Shown here: positions 20,039 to 30,610 of the stretch, one piece after another
How positions within the stretch are numbered: position 1 is the stretch's first letter
Layout of the letters: each line of letters opens with the position of its first letter
Assembly: GCA_963702025.1 (NCBI GenBank)
Contig: OY969699.1
Location: 512,001 to 576,000, forward strand
From: an uncultured bacterium
GTDB lineage: Bacteria > Babelota > Babeliae > Babelales > Vermiphilaceae
Direction: 5' to 3'
DNA length: 64,000 bases
The notes under the pieces: generated by a model
The model's input: the letters and a program-made list of their open reading frames with translations, nothing else
Database searches by the model: none
Told to the model about the DNA's origin: nothing
Translations under genes and position numbers: made by a program

Positions 20039-20992
20039 TTATCTTTTTATATAACTTTTTTTATTCTTAATTGCTTCAGCAAGAATAGCCGACGATGGTT
20101 GACATTGCGCGAGAATTGCGCGCCCTTTGGCAGCGAGCGCTTTGTTGTAGGGCAGATTATATTTTTCATAAAAAGCATGAACCGTATTTAAATAGATATC
20201 AGCGTCAATATCTTCTAATAAATAAGCATGTTCGCCATGATCCAATAAAATAAGATAGACATGCTCATGCCCGGTTTCAATAAGTTTTTGATAAATAGAG
20301 GCACTATTGGCAGCCGGGATCAATGCATCTTTGAATGAAGCAATGATTAAAATTGGTAAATCTTTGGCAATTTTATCTACTACCATAATGGGGCTGATGC
20401 CATTCGGATCGAATCTTCCAAAGAGTACATTTGGTGATGTATAAACTAATGATGGCACAAATCGGAGCCAGAACTGATTGCAATGCGTATCCAATGTGTT
20501 GATAACCGAATCAAATGGTGACTCAACAACTGCGGCAACCACGTTTGTTGGTTGTTTGGTACCCAAGAAGGTCAAGATGGTGGATGCGCCGCGTGACATA
20601 CCCATTAATATTGTTTTATAATTCGTAATTTTTCCATTGGCATAAGCAAGTGTTGCTATCTCATTTTCCTGCCCCAAACTCGTCTTGCTGGGATCAAAGC
20701 CATATTGGGCATCCGGATAATTAAAGGTATGTAGCGGTTGTTGTATGATCCATAAGCGTGCATCATTCTCATCTTCAAAGGTCCAAAAATGGTGGAGGCC
20801 AGCCGTTTTTTTGCCTGCCAATCTTAAGGTGTCATCACTAATTAATTCAGATGGCTTGCGAATATTTTCATAATAATAGGCCAATGAGGAATTTGCATAC
20901 AGCCCATGGGAAAACAAATAGACTATATCATTACAATATACTGGAGAGCCAAAATAGCCAAGGATGCACCAAATGAGAATGCTTTTTTTCAT
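20039..20992 (-). CDS. Secreted alpha/beta hydrolase
   Basis: GMSRG nucleophile elbow, ESPFD, D and H of triad; paralog of 46388. Confidence 0.8.
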   Translation of the reverse strand: MKKSILIWCILGYFGSPVYCNDIVYLFSHGLYANSSLAYYYENIRKPSELISDDTLRLAGKKTAGLHHFWTFEDENDARLWIIQQPLHTFNYPDAQYGFDPSKTSLGQENEIATLAYANGKITNYKTILMGMSRGASTILTFLGTKQPTNVVAAVVESPFDSVINTLDTHCNQFWLRFVPSLVYTSPNVLFGRFDPNGISPIMVVDKIAKDLPILIIASFKDALIPAANSASIYQKLIETGHEHVYLILLDHGEHAYLLEDIDADIYLNTVHAFYEKYNLPYNKALAAKGRAILAQCQPSSAILAEAIKNKKSYIKR

Positions 20993-21753
20993 AGAATCAT
21001 TTCCTTTTTCAAATCAATGGTAAATGATACAGTTTTGCCGCTTTCTATTTCAAGTAAATCAAGTTCAAAAATTGGTTGATACGATTTATAACTCACAAAG
21101 ATAAGCTTTTGCGCAATGCTGCCCGGCTTGATTGTTATCGGTGCCGTAAGCGATTTTTCCAAAAGATCTTTATCGATGAGTTGGTTAGTGGAGCGCGCGC
21201 TTGTTCCTTGATGGTAGCTGAGTGCCGGTGATCCTATTGCAAGAAATCCTGCAAGCCCTAGAGATGCATAACCGGCTTTAACTGCAGCGGGTATTGCGCC
21301 GATAGCGCCGAGAATAGTTAAATAGGCTGCGCCCAGAAATGCTACGGTAGTGCCAAGGGCGCCCAATACTAAAGGCGTTAAAATGCGGCGCGCAGTATGG
21401 GAATATAATCGCGAGGCAACAACGCCGGGATTCAATATTTTTAAAGAGATATGGGCAGGATCAAGAATAACCGCCCCTTTGCCATTATTTTCTATTTGAA
21501 TATATATAGGGCAAATTGCTTTGCGTTTACGCACAAGGCGCCCGCCACGACCATCAAAAAACTGATCAGCTTCTTTTTTTGTTATTTGTTTGACACTGAG
21601 GTTGATGCCATTTTTGTTTGAGTTAAGACTTTTATTGGGCTGGGTTTCATAGAGACTTTTTGGGGCGTAACTTGGTTGTTTACAACCTGGCAGCACTGCT
21701 AAGAGGCAGATTGCCGGCAGCAGAAATATGGTGGAAACAGATGAATAACGCAT
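20989..21753 (-). CDS. Lipoprotein, unknown function
   Basis: LPGC lipobox, internal hydrophobic hairpin. Confidence 0.65.
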   Translation of the reverse strand: MRYSSVSTIFLLPAICLLAVLPGCKQPSYAPKSLYETQPNKSLNSNKNGINLSVKQITKKEADQFFDGRGGRLVRKRKAICPIYIQIENNGKGAVILDPAHISLKILNPGVVASRLYSHTARRILTPLVLGALGTTVAFLGAAYLTILGAIGAIPAAVKAGYASLGLAGFLAIGSPALSYHQGTSARSTNQLIDKDLLEKSLTAPITIKPGSIAQKLIFVSYKSYQPIFELDLLEIESGKTVSFTIDLKKEMIL

Positions 21754-21976
21754 AACCCCTCCCTGCAAATAGCAAAACGATCAGCAGGTTTTTAGACAAC
21801 TTTATGATACATTTTATTTTACTTTACCTGATACGATTGTCAATTTAAAATATTAAAATCTAATCAATTAGAAAATTTATATTCTTGCAAAATAGTATTC
21901 AAATAGTAACGTTTAATGAAACTATGGTATTCTCTGTAGTATCATTATATGTTCTGTAAATAAAAAAGAGTTTTCT

Positions 21977-23290
21977 ATGGATTTTCTATCTTTTTCATTT
22001 GAGCATGCAATTGTTTCTAATCAAGACCTCCAAAAGATGGCAGGTGTCTTGTTACCGGCAATAAAAAAATTAAAGGCGGCTCGTACTCAAAAAGATTTTA
22101 AACATTCGGACGAATCTATAAATCTTCCTTTTGATGTGCAGGGGCTACAAAGAGTGCGTCAATTGGCCGAGGAAAAAAAGGGCTTAAACATCACCGCATT
22201 GTTTGTAGTGGGAATTGGCGGATCAAATTTGGGCTCGCAAGCAGTCTATCAAGCACTTTTTGGCAGGGAGTGTTATGTTCAGTATCCGCTTTATTTTGCT
22301 GACACCGTTGATGCGGATCTAATTGCCCGTTTGCTCGAGCTCATGCGCACATTGCTGGACAATAAAAAACGGGTGTTGGTGTGCGTTATTACCAAGTCAG
22401 GAACCACCACTGAAACGATTGCCAACTACGAATGTTTTTTAAGCGTGTTACAACACTATTATCCTGAACGCTGGCAAGACTTTGTTGTTGCCATCACTGA
22501 TGAAAATTCCAAGTTGTGGCATCTTGCGCTAAAAGAAAAAATAAGTGTGCTTGCTGTGCCGGCTCTTGTTGGCGGGCGCTATAGCGTGTTGAGTGCTGTT
22601 GGTCTTTTTCCACTTGCGTGTGCCGGAATAGATATAGAAAAATTTTTTGCCGGAGCACGCGAAGCGGTGCAAAATTGCCTTGGCGAGGATATTATGACTA
22701 ATCCCGCAGCACACAGTGCTACAATTATTGCGCATTTTTATAAAAAGGGCATTGCGATACATGATCTGTTTCTTTTTAGTGTTGATCTGGAAGGAATAGG
22801 AAAATGGTATCGGCAATTGATGGGAGAAAGTATTGGCAAGGAGTTTGATATCCATGGGAATAAAAAATATATTGGCATAACCCCAACCGTATCACTGGGA
22901 AGTACTGATTTGCATTCGGTAGGGCAACTGTATCTTGGTGGCCCTAAAGACAAATTGACAACTATGGTACAGGTAAAAAAATTGAATCGCACCGTCACCG
23001 TTCCGCACATGCAAGCGTATGAGTCTCTTGTGCCGCATATTCAAGGCAAACAGTTGCAAACCATAATGGAAGCTATAATTGTTGGTGTGCAACGGGCCTA
23101 TCAAAAGGCAGACAGACCGTTTATGATGGTAACGTTACCGGAAAAAAATGCTTTTTATATTGGACAGTTTTTGCAATGTAAAATGATAGAAATGATGTAT
23201 ATTGGCGCACTGCTCGAAGTGAATCCCTTCGACCAGCCGCAGGTTGAATTATATAAACAAGAGACACGAGAGATTTTGGCTTATGAATGA
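21977..23290 (+). CDS. pgi: Glucose-6-phosphate isomerase
   Basis: GIGGSNLG, KSGTTTET, GGRYSV, QLMGESIGK, DLHSVGQ, NPFDQP.VE.YK motifs. Confidence 0.93.
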   Translation: MDFLSFSFEHAIVSNQDLQKMAGVLLPAIKKLKAARTQKDFKHSDESINLPFDVQGLQRVRQLAEEKKGLNITALFVVGIGGSNLGSQAVYQALFGRECYVQYPLYFADTVDADLIARLLELMRTLLDNKKRVLVCVITKSGTTTETIANYECFLSVLQHYYPERWQDFVVAITDENSKLWHLALKEKISVLAVPALVGGRYSVLSAVGLFPLACAGIDIEKFFAGAREAVQNCLGEDIMTNPAAHSATIIAHFYKKGIAIHDLFLFSVDLEGIGKWYRQLMGESIGKEFDIHGNKKYIGITPTVSLGSTDLHSVGQLYLGGPKDKLTTMVQVKKLNRTVTVPHMQAYESLVPHIQGKQLQTIMEAIIVGVQRAYQKADRPFMMVTLPEKNAFYIGQFLQCKMIEMMYIGALLEVNPFDQPQVELYKQETREILAYE

Positions 23291-24671
23291 TTGTGCAATT
23301 ATTGTTTTGGGAGCAAGTGGTGATCTAAGCAAACGTAAAATTATGCCGGCGCTGTATCACCTGTTTGCGCAGAATAAATTAGGAAATTCTGTTATCATTG
23401 GTGCGGCACTGGATGATATTACCGCGCAGCAATTACTTGAACGCGCAAAGCCGTTTATAAAAAAAATTGATCAAAGTGTATGGCAGCAGTTTGCGCAGCG
23501 GGTGAGTTATCGTCCAATAGATTTTCACCATGAATCTGATTTTAGTGCACTTGCAAAAGAATTGGAAAAAATAGAAAAGAAAGCGGGATTGGCGGGCAAT
23601 AGGATTGTGTATTGCGCTACGGCTCCTTATTTTTACTGTATGATTACGCAATATGTGGCAACTTCTGGGTTAATTCAAAAAGGTAAGCAACAAAAAATTG
23701 TGTATGAAAAACCGTTTGGCCATGATCTGCAATCTGCACATGAGATTAACCAATGCATAGCGCGGCACTTTGATGAATCTCAAATTTTTCGTATTGACCA
23801 TTATCTCACCAAAGAACTCGTTGGCAATATTGCCTTGGTGCGATTCACTAATATCGTTTTTGAGCCATTATGGAACAATCGGTATATTGATCAAGTGCAA
23901 ATTGTGTTTGATGAAGAGCTGTGCTTGGATGGACGCGGAGCATTTTATGATAAATATGGTGCGCTTGCTGATGTGGTCCAAAATCATATGATGCAGTTGG
24001 TAGCACTAATTGGTATGGAAGCACCCGAAAGATTGACCGGTGATTTTATTCGCGCCGAGCGTGCAAAAGTGTTGCAGAAAGTGAAGGTGATAGATGCCGT
24101 GTTGGGGCAATACCAAGGGTATACCAAAGAAAAAGATGTTGGTTCGCATTCAAAAACAGAAACATTTGCGCAGGTATATTTGCGCATTGATAATCCGCGC
24201 TGGTCCGGTGTGCCATTTTATTTAAAAACGGGTAAATGTCTTGATAAAAAAGAGACTGCTATTTATATCAAATTTAAAAAAGTTGATTGTTTGCTTACTA
24301 ATGCATGCCCGAGCGAACCCAATTATTTAATGATTGCGATCAGTCCCACTCCGCTATTTGCGCTCATGCTCAATGAAAAAAAACCGGGCAAATCGGATGA
24401 GGTGATGCCGGTTCAAATGAGATTCGCGCATCAAGCCACGCAAGAAAATCCCGAAGCATACGAAACACTTTTTGAAGAAATTATTAAAGGCGAACAATCA
24501 GTTTCGGTGCGTTTTGATGAGATCGAATACGCATGGAAAATTGTTGATGCAATTCGCGCGCTCAAACCCGATCTTTTTATCTATGAAAAACGCTCAACGG
24601 GGCCAAAAGAAGCGGAACAAAAATTTGATAAAAAACATGGCATGCGGTGGACAAATTTGCCAAAGATGTAA
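23283..24671 (+). CDS. zwf: Glucose-6-phosphate dehydrogenase
   Basis: GASGDLSKRK, EKPFG, RIDHYL.KE, DVVQNH motifs. Confidence 0.95.
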   Translation: MNDCAIIVLGASGDLSKRKIMPALYHLFAQNKLGNSVIIGAALDDITAQQLLERAKPFIKKIDQSVWQQFAQRVSYRPIDFHHESDFSALAKELEKIEKKAGLAGNRIVYCATAPYFYCMITQYVATSGLIQKGKQQKIVYEKPFGHDLQSAHEINQCIARHFDESQIFRIDHYLTKELVGNIALVRFTNIVFEPLWNNRYIDQVQIVFDEELCLDGRGAFYDKYGALADVVQNHMMQLVALIGMEAPERLTGDFIRAERAKVLQKVKVIDAVLGQYQGYTKEKDVGSHSKTETFAQVYLRIDNPRWSGVPFYLKTGKCLDKKETAIYIKFKKVDCLLTNACPSEPNYLMIAISPTPLFALMLNEKKPGKSDEVMPVQMRFAHQATQENPEAYETLFEEIIKGEQSVSVRFDEIEYAWKIVDAIRALKPDLFIYEKRSTGPKEAEQKFDKKHGMRWTNLPKM

Positions 24672-24685
24672 TGCAAGGAGAGATT

Positions 24686-25594
24686 ATGAAATTAGCGGTT
24701 ATTGGTTTGGGCCGCATGGGCGCAGCAATTGCACATCGGGTGAGAAATGCTGGCTACTGTGTGCTCGGATATGATCCGGATCTTCATGCGCAAAAAGAGG
24801 TGGCGCAGTTTGGCGTAGAGATTTATCAGACGGTTGATGAACTTGCCAAAGAAGCGGATGTGGTGTGGCTCATGGTGCCTGCAGGAAAAATTGTTGATCA
24901 AGCTATTGCGCATCTTACCACCACTTTAAAACGGGGTAGCATAATCATTGATGGTGGCAATTGTCTTTTTACCGATTCTATACGCCGCGCCAAAGAATTA
25001 AGTGTGCGCGGATTTTCTTATCTTGATTGCGGCACATCCGGTGGCATTCATGGCCAAAAAAATGGCTTTTGTTTGATGGTTGGCGGCGAGTTTGCCGCCT
25101 ATCAAAAAGTTGAACCGTTGTTGAAAGTTATCGCAGCACCGCATGGCTATGGCTATATGGGCCCATCGGGCGCGGGGCATTATGTCAAGATGATTCACAA
25201 TGGTATTGAATACGGATTGCTTGAAGCATATGCGGAAGGATTTCATCTCCTGCGCGATGGCACATATAAAGAATTGGATTTAGAAAAAATTGCAAATGTG
25301 TGGTTGCATGGCAGCGTGATCCGTTCCTGGCTGCTAGAACTGGCCTATGATGTTTTTAAACAGGACCAACATTTGGGCAGCATTGATGGTAAAATACAAG
25401 AGGGCGGCACCGGATTGTGGACGGTAGAAAATGCACATAAAAACAATGTTCCGGTTCCAGTGATAGAAAAATCTCTTGAAGTGCGCAAAGAATCACGCGA
25501 GACCGGTGGCAATTTTGCTACCAAACTTATCCAGATGCTGCGCAATCAATTTGGCGGGCATAAAGTTGAGATTAAAAGAGAAAATGAATTATGA
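24686..25594 (+). CDS. gnd: 6-phosphogluconate dehydrogenase (short type)
   Basis: GLGRMG, DGGN, SGG, KMIHNGIEY, RNQFGGH motifs. Confidence 0.95.
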   Translation: MKLAVIGLGRMGAAIAHRVRNAGYCVLGYDPDLHAQKEVAQFGVEIYQTVDELAKEADVVWLMVPAGKIVDQAIAHLTTTLKRGSIIIDGGNCLFTDSIRRAKELSVRGFSYLDCGTSGGIHGQKNGFCLMVGGEFAAYQKVEPLLKVIAAPHGYGYMGPSGAGHYVKMIHNGIEYGLLEAYAEGFHLLRDGTYKELDLEKIANVWLHGSVIRSWLLELAYDVFKQDQHLGSIDGKIQEGGTGLWTVENAHKNNVPVPVIEKSLEVRKESRETGGNFATKLIQMLRNQFGGHKVEIKRENEL

Positions 25595-25650
25595 AAATTT
25601 ATGATATTAGTTGCTCCATTATAATAAATACGAGGACTCAAAATGATTAA
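25591..25650 (+). pseudogene. Relic duplicate of the cyclase gene 5' end (MKIYDISCSI...)
   Basis: 26/31 nt identical to 26204-26234; ATGA overlap with the gnd stop codon. Confidence 0.7.
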
Positions 25651-26194
25651 ACATACTTTTTTGATCTTTATTTGTTCTATTAATACAGTAACTGCTGCTA
25701 TTTCTATTCAGAAGCCTGAGGTTGCAGATCTTGCAAAAGTAAAAGAATTAATGCGAATTGTTTGGTTTGAGACCTATACCAAATTTTATTCTCCAAAAGT
25801 CGTTGAGCAAGTTACTGAGGCTCAGACTATTGAATATTTACAATATCAATTGGAAGATGAAAGCCATCATTTTTTAGTAGCAAAAAAGAATGACCAAATT
25901 GTTGGTGTAATTACCAGTCAGCGGCAATCGCCTGAAGTTGCCAAAGTTATTCGATTATATATTCATCCTGATCATCGATCATTAGGTATAGGAGCAATGC
26001 TTTTAAAAGCCACTATGGAATATTTTGAAGATGTAAAAGAAATCAATATTCCTGTGAAAGAAAAAAATGAACGGGCGATTGCCTTTTACTCGCGGCATGG
26101 ATTCCAGCAGGTAGCCAAAGAAAATCATGACCTTTTTGATGAAACAGCAGTAAATGTAATTTTGCAAAAAAAAATTAGAACCGAAAATCATTAG
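25643..26194 (+). CDS. GNAT N-acetyltransferase with signal peptide
   Basis: LYIHPDHRSLGIG motif A, NERAIAFYSRHGF motif B. Confidence 0.88.
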   Translation: MIKHTFLIFICSINTVTAAISIQKPEVADLAKVKELMRIVWFETYTKFYSPKVVEQVTEAQTIEYLQYQLEDESHHFLVAKKNDQIVGVITSQRQSPEVAKVIRLYIHPDHRSLGIGAMLLKATMEYFEDVKEINIPVKEKNERAIAFYSRHGFQQVAKENHDLFDETAVNVILQKKIRTENH

Positions 26195-26203
26195 GATTCT
26201 ACC

Positions 26204-26830
26204 TTGAAAATTTATGATATCAGTTGGCCGATTAGCACAGCAACAACCGGCTATAAAGATAGAAAAGTGCTGAGTTTAGAATCAACAAGATCATTTGAGA
26301 AAGATGGTTTTCGTGAAACAAAAATAACTATTGATTCCCATACTGGCACGCATATTGATGCGCCTGCCCATTTTTTACGTGATGGCAAAACCATTGATCA
26401 GCTTGATTTATCTTCAGTTGTTGGGCCCTGTATTGTTATTGATATGTCGGTGGTATCTGATGGCATCACTCGTGATCATTTAGAAAATCTACAAATCAAT
26501 CCCGGCGATATTGTGCTGTTCAAAACGGTTAATAGCGTTACGCAAGCGACCGATAAATTTACGCCCCATTTTATTTATTTGCAATTTTCCGGGGCGCAGT
26601 ATTTGGTTGAACGCAAGGTGCGGGCCGTTGGGATTGATTATTTGGGCATTGAGCGGAGCCAGCCGGATCATTTGACGCATCATGAATTATTTACCCATAA
26701 TATTACCATTATTGAAGGTCTGCGTTTGCAAGCAGTAAAACCGGGAAAATACTTTCTGTGCTGTTTGCCGCTCAATATCCTTGGCATTGATGCAGCGCCG
26801 GCCCGAGCAGTGCTCATTGAGGGTATTTAG
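26204..26830 (+). CDS. Cyclase-family (KynB-like) metal-dependent hydrolase
   Basis: HTGTHIDAPAH, VGIDY, IIEGL, DAAPARAV motifs; TTG start. Confidence 0.9.
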   Translation: MKIYDISWPISTATTGYKDRKVLSLESTRSFEKDGFRETKITIDSHTGTHIDAPAHFLRDGKTIDQLDLSSVVGPCIVIDMSVVSDGITRDHLENLQINPGDIVLFKTVNSVTQATDKFTPHFIYLQFSGAQYLVERKVRAVGIDYLGIERSQPDHLTHHELFTHNITIIEGLRLQAVKPGKYFLCCLPLNILGIDAAPARAVLIEGI

Positions 26831-26848
26831 CACTCTGTGAAGATTGCA

Positions 26849-27976
26849 TCAGCCAAGATCCATTTCTAAGAGTTGAATATAGGAGCGGAACTGAAATAGT
26901 TTGTTGCGCTTTCTTTGTCCCATTTCATGTAAGATGCCTTTATTTACCAAATACATGATCATGGCATTTGCGGCGTTGTAACTTTTGTTTAACTGTGCCA
27001 GTTCTTTGGCATTAATAACGGGATATTGAAAGACTATTGATAGTGCATTTACGCGTTGTTCGTAAAGACGGGGAGATGGCTGATCTGCCAAGAGCTCTTC
27101 CTTTATTTGTTTTTCTAGCATTTCTATTGAATGGGCACGTTGATAGGCATCTTTGCTGCTCGCAATTATTCCTTCCAGGTAATAATGAATCCATCCCTCA
27201 AAGTCTTCCACTGTGCGCACTGCATCTAGCCGCCGGTAGTATTCTTGATGGTGCTTTTTAAAGAAATACGATGGATAGAGAATTGGTGAATATAATAATG
27301 TACTGTCAATTAACATCAAGATGATTAAAAGGCGACCAATTCGTCCATTACCGTCAAGAAATGGATGAATGGTTTCAAATTGAACATGGGCGAGGCCGGC
27401 TTTAATTAGCAGTGGCAATGAGTCATCCGTATTAATGTATTTTTCTAGATCTGCAATAAGATCGGGAACTAAATTTGCCGGTGGCGGCACTAAATTCTCT
27501 ACCCGTACCGGTTGCTTGCGATAATTACCGGGATTGGCCCGTTCTCCTTCCCCACCACTCATAAGCGCTTCATGTGCACTCATAATAATGCGAGCAGTAA
27601 GAGGTACTCCTTGTTTTTGCATAAGCGTTAAGGCAGTTTCTAGCGCTTTAGTATAATTGAGTACTAACTGAGTTTCTTTACTGGGCTTGGCGCCTTCTTC
27701 CATTGGCTGGGTAAACACTTCAATAATAGTGGTATGTATTCCTTCAATGGCCGATGAAAGAAGAGCTTCTTTAATTACATAGGCCTTTAGAAATCTTTGC
27801 GTATTAGGAATTCGTCGTGACATTTCATTCAGTTTTGCCAATTCTTGCATTGCATGACCGTATAAAGCGGTGAGTTCTGGGCTAAATTGGAATAGGGGAT
27901 TATGAGGGGGTAAGGGATCAGGGATAAAAAAATCTAAATGACCCAATTTTTGATAATGACCTGTTACGCGTTTCAT
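26849..27976 (-). CDS. Fic-domain protein with C-terminal HTH
   Basis: HPFLDGNGRIGR catalytic motif; SSAIEG inhibitory motif. Confidence 0.92.
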   Translation of the reverse strand: MKRVTGHYQKLGHLDFFIPDPLPPHNPLFQFSPELTALYGHAMQELAKLNEMSRRIPNTQRFLKAYVIKEALLSSAIEGIHTTIIEVFTQPMEEGAKPSKETQLVLNYTKALETALTLMQKQGVPLTARIIMSAHEALMSGGEGERANPGNYRKQPVRVENLVPPPANLVPDLIADLEKYINTDDSLPLLIKAGLAHVQFETIHPFLDGNGRIGRLLIILMLIDSTLLYSPILYPSYFFKKHHQEYYRRLDAVRTVEDFEGWIHYYLEGIIASSKDAYQRAHSIEMLEKQIKEELLADQPSPRLYEQRVNALSIVFQYPVINAKELAQLNKSYNAANAMIMYLVNKGILHEMGQRKRNKLFQFRSYIQLLEMDLG

Positions 27977-27982
27977 ATGTTC

Positions 27983-28067
27983 CTTATTTCAAAAATAGTA
28001 ATAAATATGAAATAAGAATAGCGAAAGTATATTCTTATTTCATGAATAGTCTGAAATATGAAATAAG
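27983..28067. promoter_or_regulatory. Operator-like array upstream of fic
   Basis: cttatttca-N16-tgaaataag repeated twice with a 51-bp period. Confidence 0.6.
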
Positions 28068-28280
28068 AAGATTTGCTCGGAATAAGGTGGAATTTCACAT
28101 CAGGAGTTGCTTTCGGCTATTTTTACTGAATTTTCCTCACATAATCTCACATGATCTCACATTGGCGATTAGGAGAAAAATGGATCTCGTTTGAAGCAGG
28201 GTGATGAAAGGGCTAAGTTCGAGGAAGGCAAAGCAACACGTTATAAGCTTATTAAATAATGCATTAGCTTCTCAATATCA

Positions 28281-29662
28281 TTATGGCAGTAGTTCATCGT
28301 CAGATGAATGTTTTTCTACTCGTTGTTTTTTATTCGAGATTTTTAAATCTGTTTTTTTGTTGTTTTGCATAGCTATATGTTTTTTTATGCACGCCGAAAT
28401 ATTAAAATTATTGTGTTCGAGAGCAATTTCCAAAGCGGTTTTACCGCGATAATTGCGTACCGTATAATCGCCTCCCGCTTCAAGAATTTTTCTGGTAATA
28501 GTTGAGTTATCGGCTAATGCTTGGCAGCCAGCATTAAGACGGTTGTTGTTTCTTTATCCATTTCATTGACTGTGGCTCCATGCTTTAAAAGAGCTTCGAC
28601 AATTCCTGAAGATCCAACTTCTACGGCACAATGTAATGCAGGCATTCCCCATTCATTTTTTATGGTGCTGCTCATGCCATGGGCAAGCAGTTCATTAACT
28701 ATCTTTAGATTGAAATTTCTTATTGCGTTAAAAAGCAACGTTCGGGCATATCCTTCTGCCATAGTTGCATCTTTAGGCATGCCATTAAGGCCTTCATTAT
28801 ATATTCTAAATAACAACAATAATGCTTTTTCATTATATTTGTTGTGTTCAGTTAATTTTTCTAAATAGATTAATGCTTGCGAAGAATTCTTGTAATCAAA
28901 AAGATATATCTGAGCCATTAAGCAATCACTGTTATCGGATGTATTAAAATCAGGGTTAGTATTTTTCCACCAGTTTTTGGCATTTGGTGTATCGAGGAGA
29001 CGTGCGGCGCCTAAAAGAGTTGCCTGCCTATCTTCCTGATATAATGGAAAATGAGCGGCAAGATAATGAATTGTTTTAAAATTGTCTTCAAGATTGCCTT
29101 GATCAATTTCTTTTTGCAACCACTGTACTATTTCCGGTATGGTGGTTGGTTTATGTGTAATAGCGGTGGGTCGCCCCAAAAGAATTAGTTTTGCACGGTT
29201 GAGTGATGTTTTTCTTTGGGTGAGCTCAATAATAAGTTTATAAACATCCAACGGTAAAAGTGTAAAATAGGTAGATCCGAAATCTAATGATTCTATCTCT
29301 TTTGGAATCGATAGGCATTTGCTGCTCTGCAATAACCAATCCAACGCTCCTCGTGTGGCAAGAATTTCTGCAACTTTTGCTCTGTCATCGCCGTTAGTTT
29401 GGTTGTAGAGTTTTTGTGTAAGAATTGTTATGAGGGTTTCGGTAGTGCCTGGATGATTAATTGATCTATTGAGTTTCTTATTAGTAAGTGCAAGTGAACG
29501 TATATCTTTACACACTTTATGAAGACCGGAATCTTGCGACATAAGATCTAAAGAGTGCTCATTAGTGATAAAATTTTTTAGTTGTTCTTCTATGCTCATG
29601 CCAAAAGCCATAGTATTTGCCAAAGCAAAGATAAGTAAACTATATTTTATGACAATTTTCAT
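28281..29662 (-). pseudogene. Secreted F-box-like/Sel1/ankyrin protein, frameshifted near 28520
   Basis: ORF stops at MLAAKH*; ankyrin sequence continues in the shifted frame (ADNSTITRKILEAGGDYTVRNYRGKTALEIA...) to TAA at 28281-28283. Confidence 0.75.
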
Positions 29663-29675
29663 GTATTTCTCTTTT

Positions 29676-30548
29676 TTATAATTTGCTCATTGGTTTTTGT
29701 TGAGCAAGAAATGGCGCGAAGAGCTCGGGTAGATCAAGAATATTTTGTTCCGCATATTCCCGCACATTTAGTTCACTTGCGCCGATAGTATTCACCGTTG
29801 AAAATGTATAGATATCTTCTAATACATTAGCTTTAAAATTGGTGCTTTTATGAACTTCCGTAAAATTTAGAACTGTTTTAATTATTTCTGAAATTCCCTC
29901 TAAATGGCCAGCTCCCGCGCAAAAAATAAAAACCTTATTTTTGCTATTAATTAATGCAGAATAAAAATCACAAAACATATTAACATCAAACAAATTGATT
30001 TCGGGAAGTATTTGATTTAAAGGATATGGAACAGATTCATATTTTTTACTGTAATAGCGGTTAATTGCTTCATTTGCGTAGTGAGCAAAGGTTTTATTTT
30101 TTTTATACAGAGGGCATGATTTTATTTTTTTTATGATTTCATTGCAAATACCATTATGGTAAAGATTGTTACTTTTTGAAAATTGCCGAAACTCGCTATT
30201 TGTTACTCCAACGTTGTTTATAAATAAAATGCCATATAAATTTGTTAGTGGACTTTTATCATTAGTATTTGCCGCTTTTATTTGAGTTGAAATGGGAGAA
30301 TCGAATTGCCCCGGATTATCGATATCCTCAACAAAACAATGTGCCTGTAATCGTTGTGCGATTTGCACAACCTCTGATTGTTGGGTTTGAGCTTGTTGGA
30401 TGGTTCCTGCATAATGTGCATCGCCCACCAAAATAGCGGCAACATCTTTTTTTAACAATATTTTATTATGGAAAAATACCGCATCCATGGTGCTGCAGGC
30501 AAATAATGAAATTGCTATGGTAAAAAATAGTGATAATTTTTTAAACAT
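29676..30548 (-). CDS. Secreted hypothetical protein (possible TraB/Tiki-like metal motifs)
   Basis: Signal peptide; LVGDAH, FVE, AGAGH motifs. Confidence 0.6.
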   Translation of the reverse strand: MFKKLSLFFTIAISLFACSTMDAVFFHNKILLKKDVAAILVGDAHYAGTIQQAQTQQSEVVQIAQRLQAHCFVEDIDNPGQFDSPISTQIKAANTNDKSPLTNLYGILFINNVGVTNSEFRQFSKSNNLYHNGICNEIIKKIKSCPLYKKNKTFAHYANEAINRYYSKKYESVPYPLNQILPEINLFDVNMFCDFYSALINSKNKVFIFCAGAGHLEGISEIIKTVLNFTEVHKSTNFKANVLEDIYTFSTVNTIGASELNVREYAEQNILDLPELFAPFLAQQKPMSKL

Positions 30549-30571
30549 TATGCCCTCCAATCAAGAAAGAT

Positions 30572-30597
30572 AAAGCGGGTATGTTACTACCCGCCTT
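30572..30597 (-). terminator. Probable terminator
   Basis: aaa-gcgggta-tgttac-tacccgc. Confidence 0.55.
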
Positions 30598-30610
30598 AGT
30601 TAAAAGTGAA

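Noticed and set aside
28201..28452. 83-aa + strand ORF
   Set aside because: Antisense to the frameshifted tail of the ankyrin gene.
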